A stretch of 64,000 bases of DNA from a virus. Of this stretch, positions 38,997 through 49,870 are shown piece by piece; position 1 is the first letter of the stretch; each line of letters begins with the position of its first letter. The notes beneath the pieces are model-generated. The model did not search any database. It had not been told where the DNA came from and worked only from the letters and a program-made list of their open reading frames with translations. Position numbers and translations under genes: made by a program. Where the stretch lies: positions 24,250-88,249 of IMG/VR virus record IMGVR_UViG_3300042398_001307. One strand, written 5' to 3'.

Positions 38997-41900
38997 CTAT
39001 TTATAATCTCTTACTGATGACTCAATAAAACTTATTTCTGTTTCTGATAGATTATATAGATTATACAACTCTGCATCATTCCATGATTTTGATAAATCAA
39101 TAACTGGTACAAATGCAAATCTATCAGGTGGGTTATGTTGTGAAATTTTACGTAATAACACCATAAATCTAAAAAACTTAGTTTGCATGTATGTAGCTAG
39201 GTTTAACGCTAATGTTTCATTATCAAAGTGATCAATCACTACGTAGGTTTCTGTACAAATTTCACCTGGTCCTATTACAAATGGTCTGTTAATTACTTGC
39301 AATTTATCGTTATCACCAGTACCAAACGCTGCACTGACTACTGTTTTATATCTATGAATAATATCAATATTTTTTTTGATGTTACCAATGTCTGTATACT
39401 TTGCAAACTTCCTTCCATGAACTAATACGGTATTATCATGTTGATCCACAAAATCACTGAAGGTAGTTCTCAATCCAAACGGTGTTGTAGAAAGTACAAT
39501 TGGACCATAAAATGAATCTGATTTATCTAAAACCTTATCAAGAATTGATATCGCTTCATTGAATCGAACAATAACATCATATTTATTAAGTGGTCTTAAT
39601 AATGAATTCACTACTTTATTATTATCAATACTAATAAATTCACAATCACCATTATATGATTTGTCCATCAAGAAATATGAAACACTTCCTTCAACTAATG
39701 TATTATGGAAACAGTCTTTAGATGTTTTATAAATTCCAAGCTTTTTGATGTTGGTATTATTCATCATTTGCTCTCTAAAGTCATCAACATTTTTCCCACA
39801 TGTGAACCATCTAGCAGGAGTCATCATTAATACAACATCTGGATTAAATGAGAATGCACGATCAACGAACAACTGGTATACTGATTTAGAACTGCGACCA
39901 TACCCACCATCTGGCTTATTGTACATAGGGTTTGAAATAATCACATTTACTTTTGGATCATACGTGGGATCAAAAATATCACCTTCTGATATATTTCCTG
40001 TGGGAATTCCTAAATTATATACAGTGTTAACTCTTTTAAAGAATGATACCATACTGTGATCAATATCACGGTAAAACACATTTTCTGGTTTTACTGTTAA
40101 ATTACGTTTTTTAGCCTCATTCAACAAATAAATCAATAATATTCCTCTACCACCACACGGGTCTAACACTGTCAGCTCTGGATTAGCCTCAACATATGGC
40201 ATTATTTCATTCACCAATTGCTCAGCAATTTCTTTACGAAGTGCAACGAATCCTTTATTATTTTTATAAATTGAATCTTCCATCGCCATATATAATGATT
40301 CTAATGGTAACTCGGAATCTACGAATTTTTCTATCCACAAGTTTGTATATATGGTATCGATTTCCGAAGGACTTAACGCTAATTCAACAAATTCAATGCC
40401 TTCATCAAACAAAGATAATATTTCAGTATCGCCATCAATGATTGCTTGTTTAACAATCTTTACACAGTCTGCTACTGTTTTTACATCCCTGATGAATGCA
40501 ATAATTCTACATTTAGCAACACATAACAGTTTGAAATTATTCCAAATTTGTTTTTGTTGTTCTTCATCAAATAAATCCAGTTGGATCGGGTTTGGACTTT
40601 TACTTTGCTTGACAGTTTTTCCACCGGTCCCATTATTATTAATTTCTAATATTGCACTTTCTGATGAAACTGTGTTCTTGATTGATAACAAAAAATCAGA
40701 TGGTGTTAATGTATTGATATTAATACATTGTTGAATACCATATTTCCCATTTGCAGCCAACTCAGCATAAATTTTATTAAAGCTAATTTCATCAATTTTA
40801 ACAAATCCACCATTTACTTGTGTGAAGAAATCGTAGTTATTGTAAATTGTTCTAGAGATTTCAGCAGATCCACCGCCTGTGTTACGATCTGCAGCTAATT
40901 TCTCAGCCACTGTGATCATCACATTGATTGATGCTTCTAAATCGGCAATAAAGATACCACAGTTTGATTTCCCAGGGGATTGTCTACATACTCTACCAGT
41001 TGCCTGTTCAAAGAAGTTAACGCTATCACCAATACTTCTTAAAAAGATTACTGAGCCCCATTTAGGGATATTTGCGCCAGTACAATCTTTAATACAAGTC
41101 AATGTTAGGGTTGGTTCATTAGATTGCTCAATTTGATCTTTTCTATCACGTAGATTATCATCGTATGCATCAAAAATTTTACCATTAAAGATCCCGTTAT
41201 CAATTAACAATTGTTTAAGTGCTTTAATGTATACGCTTGCAGATCCATCTTTATTGCCATTTGGTAATATAGTTAAAATATGTTTTGTAGATTCACTGCA
41301 TAATCCTGGTGCGTTATAAATACTTAATGCATCGCCTTTCGGATTAAATGGTGATCTTCCAACTAGACGTTTAAAAAACCATAAAATTGAACTTTCATAT
41401 GTGAAAACTACCTCATTATCAACAACTGTAAAATTAAACAATTTGTTAAAGGTAAATGCCTCAGCATCATCAACCCAAAGTGGACTAGTTTTTAAATGTG
41501 ATACTAGATCTTTTACATCAAGTGCATAAGTATTCATATCTGGAAATGATTTATACGGACTATCTGGGTTGGTTCTTTTATCTTCAAATATATCATCCCT
41601 GGTAAATAAAACCCGATTAGAATGGTCAAACAACTCAGCCGCAGTACCACTAAAGATAAAGTCATACGGAGTACCTGAAACAAATACTTTAAAGCAATTT
41701 TGACCAAATGTTTCTTCAATTGCCATCCACATCTTATTTGTTTTTGACCCTAATAATACATGGGCTTCACCAATCAATAATACGCCAATCCGGTTTTCTA
41801 AACCAACATATCTACTATTTAAAATATTATTTGATTTTTGGGCAACATCGTGGTAGCCAGCAAATAAAACAGGTATTTCATCATTTTCGTGAATTTCTGG

Positions 41901-42809
41901 AATATCAGAAACCGAATCAATCATTACCGCTCGTTGATTGATCATCAATAATGTGTCAGCATTGCAATTTGATTTGTATGCGTCATACCATTGTTGAGTA
42001 ATATATGGTTTGATTCTAGTAAAATCGATAAATCCATCATTCTCAGTATTGATTCCGTTTAATGTAGCGATTTCATTTAGTGTTTCACTAAGTGTACTTG
42101 GAATAGTTGTTAAAATTGCATGAATTGTATCGTTGTTATACTGTTTTTTATCGTGTAATGCTGCTACCAATGCAACTGATGCTGCTTCTTTTCCACTGCC
42201 AGTTGCTGGACCCAAAAGGAACTTATCAGCATGTGTGATTTTTTCCAATGCTTCGTTAAGATATGGTCTAGCATCATATGTTTTAAGAAAAATATGATGT
42301 TCACCAGAACAAATTTCTTGCATTTTTTGGTCCCATAAAACTATTGCTTGATTCAGCCAATTTGGACGAGTTAAAAACTCTTCTGGTACTGGATGTACTT
42401 CTAGACTTCTGCCACCTACAAAATTTTGAAAAAATTGTTTTTTAAATGGCATATATGGGCGAATATGATTATCATATCCTTTTCTGTAATTCGTTAAATT
42501 TGGGTCATACATTGGATCAACACTGATTGCATGGTCTGTCATATCCCAGATTCCAATGATATTGTCTTCAGTCATTAGTCCTCTGAAATTTTTGACTGAA
42601 TTAAAGCAATATGATATTACATCGTTGTATGATTCACATCTATGGTCACCCATTTTGATATACCAAACGCTATCCGGTCCGGTAACTATAATTGCATAAA
42701 TCCAGAGTCTTGTTGCACCTGGGACTCGCAATTGTTTTGCATTTGATCTTTTTGATTTAAATTTTGGTGTTTTTGGTTCTTGTTTTGTTACTTCTTCTAA
42801 AAATGCCAT
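38997..42809 (-). CDS. SF2 helicase-like plus adenine methyltransferase (Eco57I-like C-terminus) fusion
   Basis: ATGSGKE, GEAH, SGTP, QATGRVCR; DPCGGRG, NPMY, TPARW. Confidence 0.8.
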   Translation of the reverse strand: MAFLEEVTKQEPKTPKFKSKRSNAKQLRVPGATRLWIYAIIVTGPDSVWYIKMGDHRCESYNDVISYCFNSVKNFRGLMTEDNIIGIWDMTDHAISVDPMYDPNLTNYRKGYDNHIRPYMPFKKQFFQNFVGGRSLEVHPVPEEFLTRPNWLNQAIVLWDQKMQEICSGEHHIFLKTYDARPYLNEALEKITHADKFLLGPATGSGKEAASVALVAALHDKKQYNNDTIHAILTTIPSTLSETLNEIATLNGINTENDGFIDFTRIKPYITQQWYDAYKSNCNADTLLMINQRAVMIDSVSDIPEIHENDEIPVLFAGYHDVAQKSNNILNSRYVGLENRIGVLLIGEAHVLLGSKTNKMWMAIEETFGQNCFKVFVSGTPYDFIFSGTAAELFDHSNRVLFTRDDIFEDKRTNPDSPYKSFPDMNTYALDVKDLVSHLKTSPLWVDDAEAFTFNKLFNFTVVDNEVVFTYESSILWFFKRLVGRSPFNPKGDALSIYNAPGLCSESTKHILTILPNGNKDGSASVYIKALKQLLIDNGIFNGKIFDAYDDNLRDRKDQIEQSNEPTLTLTCIKDCTGANIPKWGSVIFLRSIGDSVNFFEQATGRVCRQSPGKSNCGIFIADLEASINVMITVAEKLAADRNTGGGSAEISRTIYNNYDFFTQVNGGFVKIDEISFNKIYAELAANGKYGIQQCININTLTPSDFLLSIKNTVSSESAILEINNNGTGGKTVKQSKSPNPIQLDLFDEEQQKQIWNNFKLLCVAKCRIIAFIRDVKTVADCVKIVKQAIIDGDTEILSLFDEGIEFVELALSPSEIDTIYTNLWIEKFVDSELPLESLYMAMEDSIYKNNKGFVALRKEIAEQLVNEIMPYVEANPELTVLDPCGGRGILLIYLLNEAKKRNLTVKPENVFYRDIDHSMVSFFKRVNTVYNLGIPTGNISEGDIFDPTYDPKVNVIISNPMYNKPDGGYGRSSKSVYQLFVDRAFSFNPDVVLMMTPARWFTCGKNVDDFREQMMNNTNIKKLGIYKTSKDCFHNTLVEGSVSYFLMDKSYNGDCEFISIDNNKVVNSLLRPLNKYDVIVRFNEAISILDKVLDKSDSFYGPIVLSTTPFGLRTTFSDFVDQHDNTVLVHGRKFAKYTDIGNIKKNIDIIHRYKTVVSAAFGTGDNDKLQVINRPFVIGPGEICTETYVVIDHFDNETLALNLATYMQTKFFRFMVLLRKISQHNPPDRFAFVPVIDLSKSWNDAELYNLYNLSETEISFIESSVRDYK

Positions 42810-42907
42810 TATGCCTGTCCTTTTGCCTTAAAAATTTCCCTAACCGTGGAATCCGCTTCCATTGGTGAGACACATTATATACCGTGATATATAATGTGTC
42901 AAGTTTA

Positions 42908-43132
42908 TTATCGTTTTTTTGGTAATGCTTCTTTTTTGATCTTTTTAGCTAAACGTGCTTTTGCTGCACCTTTTGCTCTTTTTCTTTCTGTAGTTGGCTT
43001 TTCGTAGAATTCTTTTTCACGTAAATCTAGTAATTTACCGGATTCTTCTACTTTTTTCTTAAACCGGCGCAATGCCTGGTTAATATTTTCTTGTTCTTTG
43101 GCACACACGCCAGTTCTAATCCTCTGATTCAT
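42908..43132 (-). CDS. rpsU: ribosomal protein bS21
   Basis: ENINQALRRFKKKV..EFYEKPTTERKR. Confidence 0.9.
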   Translation of the reverse strand: MNQRIRTGVCAKEQENINQALRRFKKKVEESGKLLDLREKEFYEKPTTERKRAKGAAKARLAKKIKKEALPKKR

Positions 43133-43529
43133 CATCATCGCTGTTATCTTCCTCTTCTTCGGTATAAGTTAACCATTCTAGGTTATAAATTCTATTTTTT
43201 GAGATCAAGTTGTATGGAGTGATCTCGTCTGATGTTATGTAATGCACATTAGGCATTGAAAGCAGATAGGTGACAAATTGCTTCGTAATAGTAGAGCAAT
43301 TATCGATGTCAATAATTACAACGTCAACCATGTGTGCTACACTTAACAGCCAATCAACATCATTTTCATCTTGCTCGTAAATGAACACATTAACATCATC
43401 TATATACGATGATAATACCTGTTGCAATTGTTGTTTAACAAATAATGATGGATTAACTATAAGGTAGTTTGGGTTAAGATTGAATAATTTATCTGGTGGT
43501 GTAACGATTGTAATTTTACCTAAGTTCAT
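43116..43529 (-). CDS. hypothetical protein
   Basis: Probable start MNLGKITIVTPPD. Confidence 0.65.
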   Translation of the reverse strand: MNLGKITIVTPPDKLFNLNPNYLIVNPSLFVKQQLQQVLSSYIDDVNVFIYEQDENDVDWLLSVAHMVDVVIIDIDNCSTITKQFVTYLLSMPNVHYITSDEITPYNLISKNRIYNLEWLTYTEEEEDNSDDDESED

Positions 43530-43542
43530 ATATCCTTCTATA

Positions 43543-44580
43543 TTAAAGTTTTGTTGAATCAACCCAATGTGTTCCATTAAACGTGAAATCCTTTGGTGGG
43601 TTGAAATCAGTTCTTGTAAAATTTTGACCATGTAATGGGTCACTTGGAAATACATCTCCAGAAGTATTTACTTTATTTCCATCATTTGGTGAAATTTCTT
43701 GTATATTAAAAGCTTCATACGCCTTTTCTACTGTAAATCCATCACTTTCGTATATTTTATTAATCATTTCATCCATTTCGGGAGATCGAGCTGCTTTTGG
43801 TTTATTAAGTTCTTTAAAGCTATGTTGACATGCTAGTAGTAACATCACCGCCATTGGATCAAATACTGAAACAATTAGGATAATCATCCACCTAACAGCT
43901 TTTTCTAAAATATTTGAATTGATGTCATCACCATACACCATCGCAGCAATGTAACGTATTGGTCCAACTTCTGCTTCTACTCTTCGTAGATCGTTGGCAA
44001 TAGGTGCTCGTTCTTCTCTCAACTTGGAAATTTCCTTCTGTGATTCTGCAATGTCTTCTTGAAGTTGGGTACGTTCTCTTGCTTGCGTTTTTCGTATTTG
44101 CACTGATTTTGCTGCGCCTTGCTCTGATGAAGATCTGATCATAGTTTGATCAACTGCAATATCAAGTTGTGCCAATGATTTTCTTGCAATATCAATATTA
44201 TCTTTTTGTGTTTTTATTTTTTCATCTAGTAATGCTACTTTATCAGCAATGTCACCGGATGGAACTGTTTGATCTGAGTGCGCTTTTGACAGGTATCCAA
44301 AAATACCCATTGAAGTGATGAACATTAGTATAATGACTGCTAATGTTAGGTATGATAATAACATCTTTGAAGCATCGTTCCAATGACGTTTGAGCCAGAC
44401 TGTCACCACTAATTTGCTGATTTCCAGTACAATACCCATAATCATAATTGGAATTGCTGTAGATGAAAATATACTAATAAGACCAATTACTGAATAGTAC
44501 ACCGCAACAGCGGATATTGATAATCCGCTGAAGAGTGTCAAGTATGCAATTATAAAATCACTTGAAAATTGTTTGTTCAT
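43543..44580 (-). CDS. membrane protein with coiled coil
   Basis: Three N-terminal TM helices, EAEVGPIRYIA, VFDPMAV. Confidence 0.75.
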   Translation of the reverse strand: MNKQFSSDFIIAYLTLFSGLSISAVAVYYSVIGLISIFSSTAIPIMIMGIVLEISKLVVTVWLKRHWNDASKMLLSYLTLAVIILMFITSMGIFGYLSKAHSDQTVPSGDIADKVALLDEKIKTQKDNIDIARKSLAQLDIAVDQTMIRSSSEQGAAKSVQIRKTQARERTQLQEDIAESQKEISKLREERAPIANDLRRVEAEVGPIRYIAAMVYGDDINSNILEKAVRWMIILIVSVFDPMAVMLLLACQHSFKELNKPKAARSPEMDEMINKIYESDGFTVEKAYEAFNIQEISPNDGNKVNTSGDVFPSDPLHGQNFTRTDFNPPKDFTFNGTHWVDSTKL

Positions 44581-44590
44581 ACTATATTTA

Positions 44591-45070
44591 TTAACCAACA
44601 ACTTCTAATGATACTCGTTGTACGCCATCTATACCAATTTCTTTGGCAGCGCCTTTTGACAAGTCCATGATTCTATTTTTAACCCATGGTCCTCGGTCAT
44701 TTATCTTAACAACTACTGACTTATTGTTTTTTAAGTTAGTAACTTTTACTTTACTTTGCAATGGTATTGATCTATGTGCAGCGGTTAATGCATTTTGATT
44801 AAATATTTCACCAGATGCAGTTGGTTTACCGTGGAACTTTCTTCCATAGTATGAAGCCAGTCCTATATTTTTAGTAGATTTTTTGGTAGGATGTTTGACT
44901 ACCATTTTAACTTTACTGTGTTTAACAGATTCTTTTTTAACATGTTTAGTGACATGTTTTGGAACGTCTTTCTTCACTACCACATGATGTGTAGTTTTGT
45001 GAGATTTCGCTAAAGTAAGCGAAGGTAATAGACTAGTGATCAACACTAGAATTATAAGTGAATTTTTCAT
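44591..45070 (-). CDS. rlpA: RlpA-like lytic transglycosylase (DPBB)
   Basis: GLASYYG, TASGE, TAAHR, INDRGP, DLSKGAA. Confidence 0.88.
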   Translation of the reverse strand: MKNSLIILVLITSLLPSLTLAKSHKTTHHVVVKKDVPKHVTKHVKKESVKHSKVKMVVKHPTKKSTKNIGLASYYGRKFHGKPTASGEIFNQNALTAAHRSIPLQSKVKVTNLKNNKSVVVKINDRGPWVKNRIMDLSKGAAKEIGIDGVQRVSLEVVG

Positions 45071-45363
45071 TTTTTCTCCTTTCACTTGGTGCATTCTAAC
45101 AAAGTATGCATTACATTAAGGGAGATAACTGCCAAGGATTTTAACCCTGTGTCACTGGCGTTTTCTCCATCAGCTAATCAACTGTCACTTGTTTTAGCTT
45201 AGGCGAGTATGGCTTCCCAACTACGGGTTTCTTCATTGGCCAAGACTCGCGGGATCATTAAACCTCTTATGATCCAACTATCTTAGTTTCTTACGAAACA
45301 TAACATGAGTAGAATTAACTACTGCATAGTATTTAGTAATTATACTATCAATAAAGATATTTG

Positions 45364-45582
45364 TCAACCCCAAAAAAAGGAAAAATCATCTATCTTATTG
45401 ATATTGATAAGTCTAAATTGATCTGAGCTGAAGTTTAAATATGACAATAACTTTGTCATTTCTGCTTCATCTACTTCTATAGTTTGAACACTTACCCAAT
45501 TACTCGATATTTTCAAGTAATTGGGCTTGTAATCAACTAGCTCTACATCTAGTTCGAACGGTTTGTTAATCGATAGTTTCAT
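45364..45582 (-). CDS. hypothetical protein
   Basis: ORF track. Confidence 0.45.
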   Translation of the reverse strand: MKLSINKPFELDVELVDYKPNYLKISSNWVSVQTIEVDEAEMTKLLSYLNFSSDQFRLININKIDDFSFFWG

Positions 45583-45702
45583 CAATTTCTTCCAAATCTA
45601 ATATAAAGTATTTACCTTTATCAAAGATTTGATTAAGTTCGTCTAAATTGTCAAGTTTAACCGTAGATACTGTTCTTTCATGTTCTACTACTACATTGTA
45701 AA

Positions 45703-46059
45703 TCATATGTGTTTATGAATGATAAATGGTGTTTTATAACCATTGAACTGTAACGATCTTGGATCAAATGACAGTTTCAACACCGTAAAGTTTCCTCTGA
45801 TGTGTTGCTTAATTTCCGAAAAAATATCTTTAGAACTGCAGGATTTTCCAGATAATTGGTCTGCCATTCTTTTCACATCTTCTTTGTATAAGAGGATAGA
45901 TGATTCATCGGTGACCACTGATTCTACATATGCGTAAAATTGTGCTTTCTTGTCAGCTCTTTTCTCGCCATCAAGAGTAATTGATGTATCGATAAAATGC
46001 ATACCATCAATAGATGGTTTAACTAAAACTACCGGTAATGTAATTACTGGCTTTGTCAT
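45703..46059 (-). CDS. hypothetical protein
   Basis: GAGG RBS and upstream TTGACA/TATAAT promoter. Confidence 0.65.
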   Translation of the reverse strand: MTKPVITLPVVLVKPSIDGMHFIDTSITLDGEKRADKKAQFYAYVESVVTDESSILLYKEDVKRMADQLSGKSCSSKDIFSEIKQHIRGNFTVLKLSFDPRSLQFNGYKTPFIIHKHI

Positions 46060-46289
46060 GATTGAATCCTCATAAATGATAAAAATTTAATTATACTGAA
46101 AAAATGTTGAATGTCAAGCTGTTTACATAAGATTGATTATTTTTTCGATAAACATATCGATTTTTTTACAACCTCTATAAAAGTAGATAAAGATATCACA
46201 GATAAACTTCAACGTAAAGTAGATCAATCGTAAAATGATTCTTCTAATTTTCATATGTAAATCAGTGTACTTTCATACACTGAATGCTA

Positions 46290-46484
46290 TTATTTCTCTA
46301 ACTTACGTGCGTTTTTAACATCAGTAACATCTTTACGAACTTCTTTCGCAAGCGTGGTTAATGCTTGTAGTTGTTTTCTGACTCTAGTGCCAGCAGCATT
46401 GATGCCTTTGTCATAGAATTTTTCAAAATCACTTTCCAAATCTTCAATTAATTTTTGGAATTCTTGGTGTCTATTTGTTGCCAT
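46290..46484 (-). CDS. small basic histone-H1-like (Hc1-like) protein
   Basis: DFEKFYDKGINAAGTRVRK..AKEVRKDV. Confidence 0.7.
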   Translation of the reverse strand: MATNRHQEFQKLIEDLESDFEKFYDKGINAAGTRVRKQLQALTTLAKEVRKDVTDVKNARKLEK

Positions 46485-46854
46485 TATTTTCTCCTTTGCA
46501 TATGTTTAAAACAAGCGAGTAATTTTCATAAGCCAATTTGACTGCTGGAAACTTTGCTTGTAGCCGTTTTTCGTTTTCTTTTTGCTCCATTAAAACTTGG
46601 AACAAGTTAAAATGCCCATATTGAGCCATGTTGTTGAACACTTGATCTTCAAATTTCTGTAGACGTTTCAGTTCACTTTCTGGGATTTGAATCGTATAAA
46701 GTGGTTCTGTCTCAATTTCTGAAACATACTGAACAGCATTATAATCAAGTGGTGTTCTAAAGTAGTTATACGTTGGTTTGTATCTACTAAATTTTTTTTC
46801 AGTGCTCACGATTGAAATATCGTGTCTTTTTAAAAAAGCTGCTAATTCATCCAT
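46471..46854 (-). CDS. hypothetical protein
   Basis: 127 aa ORF downstream of a sigma70 promoter. Confidence 0.65.
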   Translation of the reverse strand: MDELAAFLKRHDISIVSTEKKFSRYKPTYNYFRTPLDYNAVQYVSEIETEPLYTIQIPESELKRLQKFEDQVFNNMAQYGHFNLFQVLMEQKENEKRLQAKFPAVKLAYENYSLVLNICKGENNGNK

Positions 46855-46901
46855 AAAATTTTCCTATTATGGATGAATTATACTATAAGTGATATGTTAT
46901 G

Positions 46902-47453
46902 TCAAGCCCATTCTAACACTGGTAGATCTGCTTCAACATCATTGTAACTATTTGGTAATTGGCGAATACCGGCTTCAACTTCGGTAAGAATGCTATACAG
47001 TGTAGACCATGTGTTATCACGCAATTCAACGCATAATTGACCTTCTGATTGAAATTGCGGAATAGATGAGGTAGCATATGTACATGCTGACAAGATGCTA
47101 TCATAATTTCTAGTTTTTGCAAACTCGTCTAATCTTATCTGTACCGAGTTTACTATAGATTGTTTAACCTGGTCCAACCTAGAAGCCATATTAGACTTTA
47201 CTAGATCTTCATCTAGCTCGATGATTTCCCATTGTTGTTCCCAATGTCCTTTGTCTGTTAAAACGGGTTCAATTTCTCGAACTGATTGGGTTATTGAATC
47301 AAATGATGGTTGAGGCGCAGAAAACACCACTGCAATATTTAAAAATTCACACAATGTATTATCCCAAATTAATGGAAATGATGTATTTGGGTTTCGTTTG
47401 ATTATTTCTTCTTGTGATATTATTTCTTTTGTATCAAGCATTATATATGCCAT
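46902..47453 (-). CDS. tail fibre assembly-like protein
   Basis: RLDEFAKTRNYDSILSACTYA..RDNTW; follows fibre genes. Confidence 0.65.
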   Translation of the reverse strand: MAYIMLDTKEIISQEEIIKRNPNTSFPLIWDNTLCEFLNIAVVFSAPQPSFDSITQSVREIEPVLTDKGHWEQQWEIIELDEDLVKSNMASRLDQVKQSIVNSVQIRLDEFAKTRNYDSILSACTYATSSIPQFQSEGQLCVELRDNTWSTLYSILTEVEAGIRQLPNSYNDVEADLPVLEWA

Positions 47454-47465
47454 TATTGTTCTCCG

Positions 47466-49400
47466 TTATGCAATCGCCAAAAATAGGTAAGATGCGTTTA
47501 ACACGTTTATATTAGTTGCTGCTACTTGGTTGACTATAAATCCTGAATTATCTGGATCAATTGAATCATCCGTAGTGACTTCAGCTACTGCAGTATTTAA
47601 CGAAACATGTGGATCATTTGCTGCAACTATTCCACGTGCAGAATCCCATATATACCAATCGCCAGTATTAATAATGCTTTTTATAAGAATAAATCTAGCC
47701 CCAGTCGAAAATCCACAATTAATTGTCTGCGAGGTGCCGTTGCCATTGTATGAACCTACTTTGGAAACACCTGGACATGATGCAAATAAGTAAGATATAT
47801 ATGTCACTGCATTATTGTTTATAGCCGCTACACCAGAGTTACTTAGTGTAAAAAATGAATTAGTAACTTCTGAATATCCGGCGGGTGTTAATGTCGCAAC
47901 AGGGGACGATGAATTTAACAATAGCGAATAATTGAGACCAAGCTGGGTTGGACAAACATCCCATGACCCAGTAGTGGATCTGCTTTTTGTGATAATTAAT
48001 TCAGGCGTGACAGATAAATTGTGATTTAATGTTAACACTGCGCCGGTCCCGGTATAATATACTGTATCGAAGAACCCTGGTGCACGTTTGAAACTATACA
48101 AGAAATATGTGAAAGCAGCTTGATTTTGTTCGTATGTAATAACCGCTCCTAATGTAACTGAATCTTGCCCAAATTTTTGAACACCATATGCAGTTGAACT
48201 AGTATCGCTGGTTGTTGTATTTAATAGTAAATAATGTGCACCACCAATAATTCTAGTACTTGCAATGAAATTAGCATTGGATACATTATTTCTAGTCCGA
48301 AAAAATGCAAAATCTGCAGGAAACCCTAATGATGAAATGATTCTATTAACCACACTGTCACCGGTGAATAACACGGTGCTAAAAACGCTAGTTCCAATTG
48401 ACGGGATTTTCATTGGTCTACGTATCGTTATGTAAATATATGTATCTGTACCACCAACTGTTTGATTAAATCCTACATTATTGATAGTAATACCAGTTCC
48501 AGTTGTGAATTCTGCTTGTGCTAAATTTGGGTCAACGAATGCATAACCAGTGCTATCAAATCCACGCATTGTATCCATTACATACCAGTTACCGGCAGTT
48601 GATGCATTTTTTACTAAAAGATACTGTGGTTCATAACCGAGGTTGACTATATTAGAACCGGTGAATGATCCACATGAAATCACGTTATCAACACCATATG
48701 TTCCAAACCCACCTGCATTATGTGCGAATAAGTATGCAACATAAGTCCCTCCAGCAGCATTAACTGATGCATCAGTACCAATACTGAATAGTGTGCTTGT
48801 TGGTGCTGTACTGTTCCAAACAGTGGTTGCGCTAGCCTGTGCATTGGTTAAGTTTAGCTGAATACTATATGCAGCGGAAGTCAGACCGTTGTGGTAAACC
48901 TGCCAGTCACCAGTCGTATCAGTGCGCTTAACCATGATGCAACCAGGTGTACTACCAAGATTGTGAGACACAACTCTGTTTAAACCGCTTCCTGTATAGG
49001 TAATTACATCAAAGAACTTTGGTTGCTTGCGGAATGTCCACGAGGCAAAGGTGCCGGAATTATTTACAAACCCAGCAGTTAACGCATCAGCGCCCAGTGA
49101 AAATCCAGTAGCGTTAAACGCGGTTAACAAGTCAGTATACGTGCCACCGGGGTTTTGTGCGCCAGTGGAATTGGATCGAATGTAATTATTAACCCCCCGT
49201 GCAGTATCAAATATTGTATGGTCTTGAATACCTGATCTTTGTTTAACCCAAACCAATCCACCCTTACCTGCCAGATCAATGCCATTACTAATAGTTTGTG
49301 TAGTGCCATTACCAGTATATAAATATGTGCTAAAAACATCTTCTACATATATTGGTGATGAATTAGCAGCAGCTGATTGTAATATTGAGCGAACACTCAT
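47466..49400 (-). CDS. virion structural/tail fibre-associated repeat protein
   Basis: Repeated YTG(N/S/T)G..HNL..P..KR..W modules. Confidence 0.7.
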   Translation of the reverse strand: MSVRSILQSAAANSSPIYVEDVFSTYLYTGNGTTQTISNGIDLAGKGGLVWVKQRSGIQDHTIFDTARGVNNYIRSNSTGAQNPGGTYTDLLTAFNATGFSLGADALTAGFVNNSGTFASWTFRKQPKFFDVITYTGSGLNRVVSHNLGSTPGCIMVKRTDTTGDWQVYHNGLTSAAYSIQLNLTNAQASATTVWNSTAPTSTLFSIGTDASVNAAGGTYVAYLFAHNAGGFGTYGVDNVISCGSFTGSNIVNLGYEPQYLLVKNASTAGNWYVMDTMRGFDSTGYAFVDPNLAQAEFTTGTGITINNVGFNQTVGGTDTYIYITIRRPMKIPSIGTSVFSTVLFTGDSVVNRIISSLGFPADFAFFRTRNNVSNANFIASTRIIGGAHYLLLNTTTSDTSSTAYGVQKFGQDSVTLGAVITYEQNQAAFTYFLYSFKRAPGFFDTVYYTGTGAVLTLNHNLSVTPELIITKSRSTTGSWDVCPTQLGLNYSLLLNSSSPVATLTPAGYSEVTNSFFTLSNSGVAAINNNAVTYISYLFASCPGVSKVGSYNGNGTSQTINCGFSTGARFILIKSIINTGDWYIWDSARGIVAANDPHVSLNTAVAEVTTDDSIDPDNSGFIVNQVAATNINVLNASYLFLAIA

Positions 49401-49858
49401 TATTTAATATCCTTAGCCAATACTAACCCATTCCATACTAATCCACCATCGTAAGTAAAAAACCCTAATATATCTCTTCCAGAAATAGTTAATGACGGGG
49501 CAATGCCACTCGCCCACTTGACACCATTCCACCAAGTAATTGCATATGATCCACCATTTGATAAATCTAAAATAAAACTTGAAACCGCACCATTTGCTGC
49601 AACATTACTAACAGTTAATGTTGTGATGCTAGTAATAGTTTTGGTATAATAATTTGCTAATGAAAGGTCTATATTATTATCATAAATGGTTATTTTGGAT
49701 TCTGTAAGTTTAGTAGTGTCTAACCAATTAACTACGCCATTTACTAATGTTCGTTTGTATATTTTTCCAGATACTGGATTATTCCATTCATCGCCCAATG
49801 CTGCACCCGAAGGTGCAGTTTCTGAAATGACATGCTGGTTAAATGATCTTGATGACAT
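49400..49858 (-). CDS. tail-associated protein
   Basis: VKWASGIAPSLT..DILGFFTYDGG motif. Confidence 0.6.
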   Translation of the reverse strand: MSSRSFNQHVISETAPSGAALGDEWNNPVSGKIYKRTLVNGVVNWLDTTKLTESKITIYDNNIDLSLANYYTKTITSITTLTVSNVAANGAVSSFILDLSNGGSYAITWWNGVKWASGIAPSLTISGRDILGFFTYDGGLVWNGLVLAKDIK

Positions 49859-49870
49859 ATATCGCTCCAA

